A DNA stretch of 39,132 nt from Acidimicrobiales bacterium. Its GTDB lineage: Bacteria > Actinomycetota > Acidimicrobiia > Acidimicrobiales > Iamiaceae. Numbering within the stretch: position 1 is the stretch's first letter; each line of letters opens with the position of its first letter. This document shows, one piece after another, positions 16,054 to 23,937 of this stretch. The DNA is taken from NCBI GenBank assembly GCA_012730075.1, contig JAAYBP010000354.1, positions 1 to 39,132 on the forward strand. The letters are read 5' to 3'. The position numbers were made by a program, and so were the translations under genes. Under the pieces are notes generated by a model. It saw nothing but the letters and a program-made list of their open reading frames with translations. It searched no databases and had not been told where the DNA came from.

Positions 16054-18642
16054 GTGCCCGTAGACGCCCCCACCGCCGAACGACCGGCGCTCGCGGCCGT
16101 CGGGGCGGAGCCGGACGACGGGCACGAACCGCCGCTTCGCCTGGCCCTGCTGGGCGCGGTGCTGACCGCGTCGATCGCCCACGCCGCCGGCCGATCGGGG
16201 GCCTCGGCGGCGCGGTGGGGTCAGGTGCTCGGCCGGCTCGACCTGGCCTCCGGGGTGGTCGTCGTGGTGGTCGCGGCGGCGACCGCGGCGGTGGTGATGG
16301 GCCGGGCCCTCGACGGCCGACCTCCGATCCGGGCGGTCGACGCCGGGCGCACCCTGCTGCGCGTAGTGCTGCTGCCGTGGTGGGTCGCGGTCACCGTCGC
16401 CACGTTCCTCTACCCGACGGCGCCCGGCGAGGTCGTGCCGAGCGACGCCGCCGCCCCCGCGTGGACCGACGTCGTCCGGGACTGGCTCCTGCTCGGCTGG
16501 GCCCGCCGGGGAGGCACCGGTCGCCTGCCGGTCGACTGGATCCTCGCCGCCGTGGTGGCGGCCGTCGTCGTCGCCGTCGTCGTCGGGCCCGTACTCGACC
16601 GGATCGCCGACCGGACGCGCACGCGCACGGCGGTCGCGGGCTCGGCGGGTCTCCTGGTCGTGGGCCTGGCCGTCCGCGTCGTCACCGCCGATGCCGCGGT
16701 CGACGGCTGGGCCTCGCTGCTGCGGATCTCGCCCGCCGGGCACCTCGATCTGATCGGAGGCGGGCTGCTCGTGGGCGTGCTGGTCGCCGCCGCCCGTCGT
16801 GGCCGGGGCCCGCTCACCGGCCGGCTCGACGTCGTCGCCGCGGGCGCGCCCCGGGTGGGCGCTGTCGTCGCCCTGGCCCTGCTCGCGGGCCTGGCGGGGC
16901 CTGGCTCGGCGACCGTGGTCGGCGTCACCGGCGCGGTGCCCTCGCTGCTGTCCGGCCTGGGCGTGGTCGTCGTGGGCGTTACGGTCGCCGTGGTCGCCCT
17001 GGCCGGACGCCGGCCGCGCCTCGACCCCGGGTCCGTCGTCGGTCCGGGCGCCTGGGTCGCCGCCCTGGCCGCCGCACCGCTGGCCGCCCAGCTCTGGGCG
17101 ACGCGGGCGGGCGGACCCCCCGGCACCCAGCGGCTCGGGCCGATCGTGATCGTCACCGTGCTCGGCGCGTTCGGCGTCGCCGCCGGGTGGGGTGCGGCCG
17201 CGTCCGGCCTCTTCGACCGCGACGGGCGTCGTCGCCTCACCCGGTTCTCGTCCGCCCTGGCCACCGTGACCGGGCTCGCCCTGGCCTGGCGCCTGCTCAC
17301 CCTGGTGTCGATCAACCGTCGCAACCCCGATGGCGGCGACCCGTTCTTCTACCACCACCAGGCGAACATGCTCGCCGATCGAATCGGCTTCTCCGAGCCG
17401 TTCCGTTGGATCGAGCAGGGCCTCGCCGTCCCGTCCGCGATCCACCCGCCGCTGCTGTCGACCTGGCTGGCGGTCGGATCGGTGGCGGGGGCGCGGACGT
17501 TCCTCGCCCACAAGACCCTCGCCGCCCTCGTCGGCGTCGGGTCGGTCGTGGTCGCCGCCCTGGTGGCCCGGAGGATCGCCGGTGACCGCGCCGCGCTCGT
17601 CACCGCGGTGCTGGTGGCGGCGTACCCCAACCTGTGGGTGATCGACGGCGCCCTGTGGCCCGAGGGCGTCTACACGACGTTCGTCGGGCTGGTCGTGCTG
17701 GCCGCCTACCGCTGGTGGGAGCGTCCGGACCTGCTGCGGGCGGGCGTGCTCGGCGGGGCGATCGCCGTCGCCGCCCTCGCACGCGGCGAGGCGGTGTTCC
17801 TGTTCCCGCTGCTCGTCGCGCCCCTGTTCCTGATGCGGCGGGGCCCGGCGCTCTCCCGTCGGGTGCTCGCCGGCGCGGTGGCGGGCGTGGTGGCGCTGGT
17901 GGTGGTCGCGCCGTGGATGGTGCGCTCGTACCGGGCGTTCGACCAGGTCGTCATGCTGTCGACCAACGGCGACGAGGTGCTGTTCTACGCCAACTGCCCC
18001 GACAGCTACGGGCTCCCCGACGACCGCCCGGTGCCGGAGGGCGCCCCGGAGCCGAACGTCGACTTCCTCGGCTACTGGTCGTTCAACTGCCAGCAGCGGG
18101 AGCGGGCGCGGGCCGGCGAGCCGGTGAGCAGCCGGGAGGCCGACACCTACCGGGCGTGCCTCGGCCCCGGCCAGCCCTTCGACGGCACCGCGCCGGGGGA
18201 GCCGATCGGCAACGAGGCGGAGAAGGCGAAGTACTGGCGGTGCCTCGCGCTGCGCTACGCGTCCGACCACGTCGACCGGTTGCCCGTCGTCGTCGTGACC
18301 CGGATCGGGCGGGAGCTCGACATCTACCGGCCCGACCAGGGCCTCCTGTTCCTCGAGGTCGAGGGCCGGCCCCGCACCGCGGCCCGGATCGGGCAGATCG
18401 GCTGGTGGGCGATGGCGCCGATCGGCGTAGCCGGATGGGTCGTGCTGCGGCGACGGGGCGTCCTCGTGTACCCCCTGGTCGCGCTGGGCCTGATGGTGCT
18501 GGTCACCACGGTGTACGCCTACGGCGCGGTGCGCTTCCGGACCCCGCTCGAGCTGGCCCTCCTGATCGGCGAGGGTGTGGCGGTCGACGCGGCGTGGGCC
18601 CGCTGGCGGCCCGCGACGGCGACCGCGGAGGAGCGAGCGTGA
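16054..18642 (+). CDS. Large membrane protein: degenerate AT3-like N-terminal half fused to a GT-C (ArnT/PMT-like) glycosyltransferase (862 aa)
   Basis: GTG at 16054 lies 8 nt after TACGAT. The C-terminal half has 'GGDPFFY', 'AIHPPL', 'LWPEG', 'ALARGE', 'PWMVR', 'STNG' and 'RFRTP'. Confidence 0.8.
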   Translation: MPVDAPTAERPALAAVGAEPDDGHEPPLRLALLGAVLTASIAHAAGRSGASAARWGQVLGRLDLASGVVVVVVAAATAAVVMGRALDGRPPIRAVDAGRTLLRVVLLPWWVAVTVATFLYPTAPGEVVPSDAAAPAWTDVVRDWLLLGWARRGGTGRLPVDWILAAVVAAVVVAVVVGPVLDRIADRTRTRTAVAGSAGLLVVGLAVRVVTADAAVDGWASLLRISPAGHLDLIGGGLLVGVLVAAARRGRGPLTGRLDVVAAGAPRVGAVVALALLAGLAGPGSATVVGVTGAVPSLLSGLGVVVVGVTVAVVALAGRRPRLDPGSVVGPGAWVAALAAAPLAAQLWATRAGGPPGTQRLGPIVIVTVLGAFGVAAGWGAAASGLFDRDGRRRLTRFSSALATVTGLALAWRLLTLVSINRRNPDGGDPFFYHHQANMLADRIGFSEPFRWIEQGLAVPSAIHPPLLSTWLAVGSVAGARTFLAHKTLAALVGVGSVVVAALVARRIAGDRAALVTAVLVAAYPNLWVIDGALWPEGVYTTFVGLVVLAAYRWWERPDLLRAGVLGGAIAVAALARGEAVFLFPLLVAPLFLMRRGPALSRRVLAGAVAGVVALVVVAPWMVRSYRAFDQVVMLSTNGDEVLFYANCPDSYGLPDDRPVPEGAPEPNVDFLGYWSFNCQQRERARAGEPVSSREADTYRACLGPGQPFDGTAPGEPIGNEAEKAKYWRCLALRYASDHVDRLPVVVVTRIGRELDIYRPDQGLLFLEVEGRPRTAARIGQIGWWAMAPIGVAGWVVLRRRGVLVYPLVALGLMVLVTTVYAYGAVRFRTPLELALLIGEGVAVDAAWARWRPATATAEERA

Positions 18643-20372
18643 CCGCGCCCACCGCGGTCCGCCGCGACCTCGACTCGGTGCCCGACGTCGGGCCCGGCCC
18701 GGTGGCCACGGCCCGTCGCGCCTGGCGCGCGCTAACCCGCGGCCACCGGGGAACCGCCCTGGCGGCGGCGTTGGTCGGCCTGGCGATCGCCCTCCCGCTG
18801 CCCACCCTGTTCCGGTACCAGGGACCGCCCATGGAGGAGGGCTTCATGCTCGTCTTCCCCCAGCGGGTGCTCGCCGGTGACGTCGCCAACCGGGACTTCC
18901 TGCACCTCTACGGGCCCGGCAGCCTGTGGGCGCTCGCCGCCTGGTTCAAGGTGGCGGGCACCACGCTCGCGGCCCAGCGCACGTTCGGGCTGTTCCAGCA
19001 CCTCGGCATCATCTACGGCCTCTTCCTCCTCGCGCTCGGCTGGGGTCGGCGTGTCGCCCTGGCGGTGGGCCTCCTCGGTGTGCTCCTCGTCGTCACCCCG
19101 ATCGGGCTGACCGCGCTGGCCTGGAACGGCGCGGTCGCTCTCGCCGTGGCCGGATCGGGGCTGGCGGTACACGGAGCGGCGCGCCGGACGTCGGGGCGGC
19201 CATGGGGGCGGGCACTGCTCGTCGCCTCGGGGGTGGTGTACGGCGCGGCCCTCCTGTTCCGCCCGGACCTCGTGGTGGGTGCGGGGCTGGCGACCGTCGG
19301 CCTGCTGTGGGGCCGGTGGCGCCGCGACCTGATCGCGCCCGTGCTGCTCGGACTGGTCGTCGGCGCGGCGCCGATGCTCGTGCACCTCGCGATGGCCGGG
19401 ATCGGACCCGCCTTCGAGGGCATGTTCCTCCAGCCCGTCTTCGAGCTGCGCGGTGGGCGACACCTGCCCATCCCGCCGTCGTGGAGCCAACTCGACGGGG
19501 CGCTGGCGGCGGTCGCCCAGCTCCGGGTGCCGGACTGGCCGCTGCCGATGCTGAGCGCGTCACAGCAGGTCACCGTGTGGTTCTTCCTGCTCCCGGTGTC
19601 GGCTCTCCTCACGCTCGTGACCGGCTGGATGGCGGTGCGTCGCGACCCGACCGGCGCCCGGAGCCGCACCCTCCTCGTCGTCGGCGGGCTCGGGCTCGGC
19701 CTCCTGCCCCAGGCACTCCAGCGGCCCGACAGCACCCACCTGGCCTGGGTGTCGTGCGTGGCGATCGTGTTCCTCCCCGCCACCTTCGCCCAGTGGTCGG
19801 AGTGGCGCGGCGCGGCCCGGCGGCCGTGGCTACGCACCGTCGCCGCCGCGCTGCCGCTGCTCCTCGTCGTGCTGCTGCTGCCCGCCTACACGGCCCGGAC
19901 GTGGGTCGACCTCACCCGGCAGAACCTGACCGCCGACTACTTCGGGTGGGCCGTCCGCCGCGGCGACCGCACCTTCTACCTCGGTGCCCCGGACATCGCG
20001 GCGTCCGCCCAGGCGGTCACCGACGACCTCGGCGCCCGGGTGCAGCCCGGCGACCGCCTGCTCGTCGGCACCGCCGACCTGCGCCGCACCCCCTACAGCG
20101 ACGCGTACTTCTACTTCCTGTTCCCCGAGACGGTGCCGGCGACGCGATACATCGAGATGGATCCGGGCATCGCCGACGCCGAGGGCTCCGGTCTGGCCGA
20201 CGAGGTCGCGTCGGCGGACTGGCTGATCCTCTCCCACGTGTGGGACTCCTGGGACGAGCCCAACGATTCGCGCCGCTACGGCTCCGACGCCCCCAACCAG
20301 GTCGTGCGCGACCGGTTCTGCCTGGTCGGCGAGCACGGTGGCCACTTCCTCCTCTACCAGCGCTGCCGCTGA
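18639..20372 (+). CDS. Polytopic membrane protein, probable GT-C glycosyltransferase (577 aa)
   Basis: GTG at 18639 in a GTGA overlap with a GGAGGAG RBS. Acidic 'MEEG' first loop, 'RDFLHLYGPG', 'LFRPD', many TM helices and a soluble C-terminal domain. Confidence 0.72.
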   Translation: MTAPTAVRRDLDSVPDVGPGPVATARRAWRALTRGHRGTALAAALVGLAIALPLPTLFRYQGPPMEEGFMLVFPQRVLAGDVANRDFLHLYGPGSLWALAAWFKVAGTTLAAQRTFGLFQHLGIIYGLFLLALGWGRRVALAVGLLGVLLVVTPIGLTALAWNGAVALAVAGSGLAVHGAARRTSGRPWGRALLVASGVVYGAALLFRPDLVVGAGLATVGLLWGRWRRDLIAPVLLGLVVGAAPMLVHLAMAGIGPAFEGMFLQPVFELRGGRHLPIPPSWSQLDGALAAVAQLRVPDWPLPMLSASQQVTVWFFLLPVSALLTLVTGWMAVRRDPTGARSRTLLVVGGLGLGLLPQALQRPDSTHLAWVSCVAIVFLPATFAQWSEWRGAARRPWLRTVAAALPLLLVVLLLPAYTARTWVDLTRQNLTADYFGWAVRRGDRTFYLGAPDIAASAQAVTDDLGARVQPGDRLLVGTADLRRTPYSDAYFYFLFPETVPATRYIEMDPGIADAEGSGLADEVASADWLILSHVWDSWDEPNDSRRYGSDAPNQVVRDRFCLVGEHGGHFLLYQRCR

Positions 20373-20392
20373 ACCCGTACCATCGCCGACCC

Positions 20393-21118
20393 ATGGCCGA
20401 CGTCCCCATCGACCGCACGTTCTTCATGCACGTCATGAAGACCGCCGGCACGTCCTTCGGTACCCGTCTGGTGAGGCACTTCGGGGACGACGAGGTGTAC
20501 CCGACCCCGGGTCCGACGAGGAACTCCGAGTACTGGAACTTCCTCGAGCTGCTCGATCGATCCGACGACGAGAAGTCGCGGATCCGCCTCATCCAGGGCC
20601 ACTTCCCGCTCTTCGTCCGCGAGCTCGTGCCGGTCGAACGCACGATCACCATCCTTCGCGACCCGATCGAGCGGCTGATCTCGCACCTGCGCCAGCTGCT
20701 CCGCTTCGACGAGGCGAACGGCTGGTCGCGGATCGAGGAGGTCTACGAGCACCCCTTGACCCGCCACCTCACCGACTACCAGGTCCGGCAGTTCTCGCGT
20801 GCCGTCGACGACGATCCGCTGGAGCTCGACGATTCTCACCTGACCCGGGCGCTCGAGCGGCTCGACACCGTCGAGCTGGTCGGGTTCACCGACCGCTACG
20901 ACGCCTTCACCCAGGACTGCTTCGAGCGCTACGGCTGGGACTGTCGCGACGGTGAGCGCCTACAGGTCGCACCGGGCGAGATCGTGGTCGACCCCGCGTT
21001 CCGTCGGAGGTTGGCGGCGGACAACGCGGTCGACGTCGAGTTCTACCGGGCCGCGACCGACCGACGAGGCGACGGGGACGTCCTCGTGCTCGGGCGGCCC
21101 TCGTCGCCCCGCGGGTAA
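20393..21118 (+). CDS. Sulfotransferase family 2 domain protein
   Basis: ATG at 20393. 5'-PSB motif 'FMHVMKTAGTS', 'GHF', 3'-PB motif 'LRDPIERLIS', C-terminal 'NAVDVEFY'. Confidence 0.88.
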   Translation: MADVPIDRTFFMHVMKTAGTSFGTRLVRHFGDDEVYPTPGPTRNSEYWNFLELLDRSDDEKSRIRLIQGHFPLFVRELVPVERTITILRDPIERLISHLRQLLRFDEANGWSRIEEVYEHPLTRHLTDYQVRQFSRAVDDDPLELDDSHLTRALERLDTVELVGFTDRYDAFTQDCFERYGWDCRDGERLQVAPGEIVVDPAFRRRLAADNAVDVEFYRAATDRRGDGDVLVLGRPSSPRG

Positions 21119-21146
21119 CGGTTTTCCTCCGACCCCACCTGTTACC
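21111..21146 (-). repeat. REP-like element, copy 3 (inverted), likely also acting as a hairpin between convergent genes
   Basis: Exact reverse complement of 12547-12582. CGGGTAAC/GTTACCCG forms an 8-bp stem. It contains the sulfotransferase TAA and lies 3 nt from the acyl-CoA synthetase stop. Confidence 0.9.
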
Positions 21147-21149
21147 CGG

Positions 21150-22769
21150 TCAGCGGGTGGCGACGTCGCGGGCCCAGGCGTAGTCGGGCTTGCCGCTGGG
21201 GCTGCGCTTGACCGCGTCGACCACCACCAGGTCGCGGGGCATCTTGTAGCCCGCCAGGTGGGGTCGCGCCGTCTCCCGCAGCTCGTCGAGCGTGACCTCG
21301 GCGCCCGGCCGCAGGGCGACCACCGCGACGATCTCGCTACCGAAGCGGGGATGGGGCCGTCCGGCGACGAGGCAGTCGGCCACCGCCGGGTGGTGGGCGA
21401 GGGCCATCTCGACCTCCTCGGCGAACACCTTCTCGCCGCCGGTGTTGATGCACACCGCCTCCCGGCCCAGCAGCTCGATCTCGCCGTCGGCGTGCCACCG
21501 GGCCCGGTCGCCCGAGACCGCCCACCGCCGCCCGTCGATCTCGGGGAACGTCGCCTCGGTCTTGTCCCGGTCGCCGAGGTAGCCGAGCGGCACCCGGCCG
21601 GCGGTGGCGAGCCAGCCGATCTCGTCGCTCCCGGGCTCGAGCACCCGGCGACGGTCTTCGGCGACGACGACCGTGGCGGCCTCGGGACGGAACCGGGCGG
21701 CGCCGGGATCGATGCCGTCACCGGCCCGGGCGACCGCCTGGCGTCCGGTCTCGGACGAGCCGAGGACGTCGACCACGGTCACGCCGGGGATCATCGTGGT
21801 GAGGTCGCGGCGGACCGGGGCGGACAGCACCGTGCCGCCGGTGATCAGGTGGCGCAGCGGTGGCACGTCGTCGCGGCGACGGAGGGCGTCGACCAGCGGC
21901 CGGGCGAAGGCGTCGCCGACGAGCTGGAGCGAGGTCGCCTCCTCGGCGGCCCAGGTGTCGATGACGCCGTCGGGGTCGAAGCGGTCGGTGCGTTCCGGCA
22001 CCAGCACCGTGCCCCCGGCGAGCCAGGTGCTGAGGGCGTTCCACTGGGCGGCGCCGTGCATGAACGGGGCGGTGGCGAGAGCCCGCAGCCGACGGGGCCG
22101 AGCGGCCCGCTCGGCGAGCGCCTCGGGCTCCAGCTCGACGCCGAGGCACGACGCCGCGAAGTCGTCCTGCCGCCAGAGCACGCCCTTGGGCCGGCCGGTG
22201 GTGCCACCGGTGTACAGCACGTAGCGGTCGGCGCCCGACGCGTCGGACGCCACCGGCCGGGGATCGGCCGCGGCCAGCGCGCCGTCGTAGTCGATCGCGC
22301 CGGGCAGGGGCGGGGTGCCGGAGCCGTCGTCGACGTGGAGCAGCAGCCGCGGGGCCACGGCCATCCGCTCGACGGCGCCACCGACCTCCGCGGCAAGGGA
22401 CGCGTGGTAGACGATCGCCGACGCCCGGCAGTCGTCGAGCACCTCGACCATCTCCGACGCCGTGTACCTCCAGTTGACGTTGACCGACGCCGCCCGCACC
22501 CGGGCCGCGCCGATCATCGCCTCCAGGTACTGGTTGCCGTTGTGGAGGACCAGGGCGACGTGGTCGTGGGGGGAGTGCCACCGCTCGGTGGCGGGCTCGG
22601 AGGCCGGTCCGACCCCGTGGGCGGCCAGCACCGCCGCGACCCGCCCGGCCCGGTCGTCCTGCTCGGCCCACGACCAGGTGCGACCGCGCCAGACGAGCGC
22701 GTCCCGGTCGGGCACGCGTCCGGCGATCTCGTGGAGGGCGGCGGCCAGGCCGCCGGGGCGGGACGCCAC
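21150..22769 (-). CDS. Acyl-CoA synthetase (AMP-binding, FadD19-like)
   Basis: 'YTGGTTGRPKGVLW', 'PFMHG', 'GSSETG', 'SGDRA', 'INTGGEKVFAEEVE', 'LAGYKMPR', 'RSPSGK'. Confidence 0.93.
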   Translation of the reverse strand: MASRPGGLAAALHEIAGRVPDRDALVWRGRTWSWAEQDDRAGRVAAVLAAHGVGPASEPATERWHSPHDHVALVLHNGNQYLEAMIGAARVRAASVNVNWRYTASEMVEVLDDCRASAIVYHASLAAEVGGAVERMAVAPRLLLHVDDGSGTPPLPGAIDYDGALAAADPRPVASDASGADRYVLYTGGTTGRPKGVLWRQDDFAASCLGVELEPEALAERAARPRRLRALATAPFMHGAAQWNALSTWLAGGTVLVPERTDRFDPDGVIDTWAAEEATSLQLVGDAFARPLVDALRRRDDVPPLRHLITGGTVLSAPVRRDLTTMIPGVTVVDVLGSSETGRQAVARAGDGIDPGAARFRPEAATVVVAEDRRRVLEPGSDEIGWLATAGRVPLGYLGDRDKTEATFPEIDGRRWAVSGDRARWHADGEIELLGREAVCINTGGEKVFAEEVEMALAHHPAVADCLVAGRPHPRFGSEIVAVVALRPGAEVTLDELRETARPHLAGYKMPRDLVVVDAVKRSPSGKPDYAWARDVATR

Positions 22770-22777
22770 CGGTGCGA

Positions 22778-23251
22778 TCAGTCGTCGCGCTCGGTGACCG
22801 TGACCGTGTCGATCGTGTCGCCGACGGCGATCGACTGCGCCACCTCGATGCCGGACGTGACGTAGCCGAACAGGTTGTAGAGCTTGTCGAGCTTGCGGGT
22901 GCAGTCGTCGATGCAGATGAAGAACTGGCTGCCGTTCGTGTCGGGGCCGGCGTTGGCCATCGCCACCGCACCGAGGAGGTACTCGCCGCGCACCGGCTCG
23001 TCGGCGAACCTGTAGCCGGGTCCGCCCCGTCCGGTGCCCTCCGGGTCACCGCCCTGGATCACGAAGCCGGGGACGACCCGGTGGAACGTGAGGCCGGTGT
23101 AGAAGCCGGCGCGGGCCTGCACCACGAAGTGGTTCACGGTGACGGGGGCCAGCGCGGGGTCGAGCACCATCGTGATGTCGCCCTTCCCGGTGCCCAGCAC
23201 CACCTCGTAGCGCTTGGTGTCGTCGATCTGCATTGCGGGGGCGTCTGCCAT
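22778..23251 (-). CDS. Cyclophilin-type peptidyl-prolyl cis-trans isomerase
   Basis: 'FHRVVPGFVIQGGDP', 'AMANAGPDTNGSQFFI'. Confidence 0.96.
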   Translation of the reverse strand: MADAPAMQIDDTKRYEVVLGTGKGDITMVLDPALAPVTVNHFVVQARAGFYTGLTFHRVVPGFVIQGGDPEGTGRGGPGYRFADEPVRGEYLLGAVAMANAGPDTNGSQFFICIDDCTRKLDKLYNLFGYVTSGIEVAQSIAVGDTIDTVTVTERDD

Positions 23252-23317
23252 CCCCGGATCCTGCCACGCCGACCTCCGCCGTCCCGAAGCCTCCGCCGCA
23301 CGCGGGGCCGGACGCCG

Positions 23318-23908
23318 TCAGGTGCGGTCCGTGCCGGGGGAGCGCGAGGGGGACGGCGGCGCGAGGTCGGGGACGATCACGTCGGTGACGAACCGGGTCA
23401 GATCGTCCTGGCTCGCCCCCCGGGGCATGGGGCTCACACCGGCCAGTTCGTAGAGACCGGTGATCGACCACGCGACCAGGCGGGCATGCGCGTCGCCGCC
23501 CCAGTGGGCGGCGATCCGCTCGACCCGTGCGCTGCGTGATCCCTGGATCGTCGGGTGGTCGAGCAGGCCGCTGCGGGACAGCAGCCGCCACGTCGCCGCG
23601 TGGGTGGCGGCGTGACGGCGGTAGGCCCGACCCAGCGCCACCACCTGCGACCGGCGGTCGCTGCCGGGCTCGAACGCCCGGTCGATCCGGTCGTCGAGGT
23701 CGGCGAGGGCGCGGGTGGTGAGCGCGACCATCAACGCGGTGCGGTCGCGGAAGTAGTTGTAGACGAGCCCCCGCGACACCCCGGCGGCGTCGGCGATCTC
23801 CTCGAAGGTGACCTCGCTCGGCATCCGGTCGGCGAGCACCCGCTCCGCCGCGTCGAGGATCAGCTCGCGGCGGACGCTGGGTTCGAGCCGCGTGCGGGCC
23901 GCCGTCAC
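23318..23908 (-). CDS. TetR/AcrR family transcriptional regulator
   Basis: GTG at 23908 with a GGAGG RBS. HTH 'ILDAA...VTFEEIADAAGVSRGLVYNYF'. Confidence 0.92.
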   Translation of the reverse strand: MTAARTRLEPSVRRELILDAAERVLADRMPSEVTFEEIADAAGVSRGLVYNYFRDRTALMVALTTRALADLDDRIDRAFEPGSDRRSQVVALGRAYRRHAATHAATWRLLSRSGLLDHPTIQGSRSARVERIAAHWGGDAHARLVAWSITGLYELAGVSPMPRGASQDDLTRFVTDVIVPDLAPPSPSRSPGTDRT

Positions 23909-23937
23909 GGTGGTGCCGTCCTCCGCTCGGCCGGGGC

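Noticed and set aside
18568-18576. Charged residue in the last TM helix of the fused GT-C (IGEGV) as a possible frameshift or pseudogene sign
   Set aside because: The frame continues to a normal TGA overlapping the next start. A single substitution is not evidence of inactivation.
15010-18642. 1210-aa ORF as a single giant protein
   Set aside because: The first ~350 codons are the antisense shadow of the AlkA-like gene. The credible start is GTG 16054 after a -10 box.
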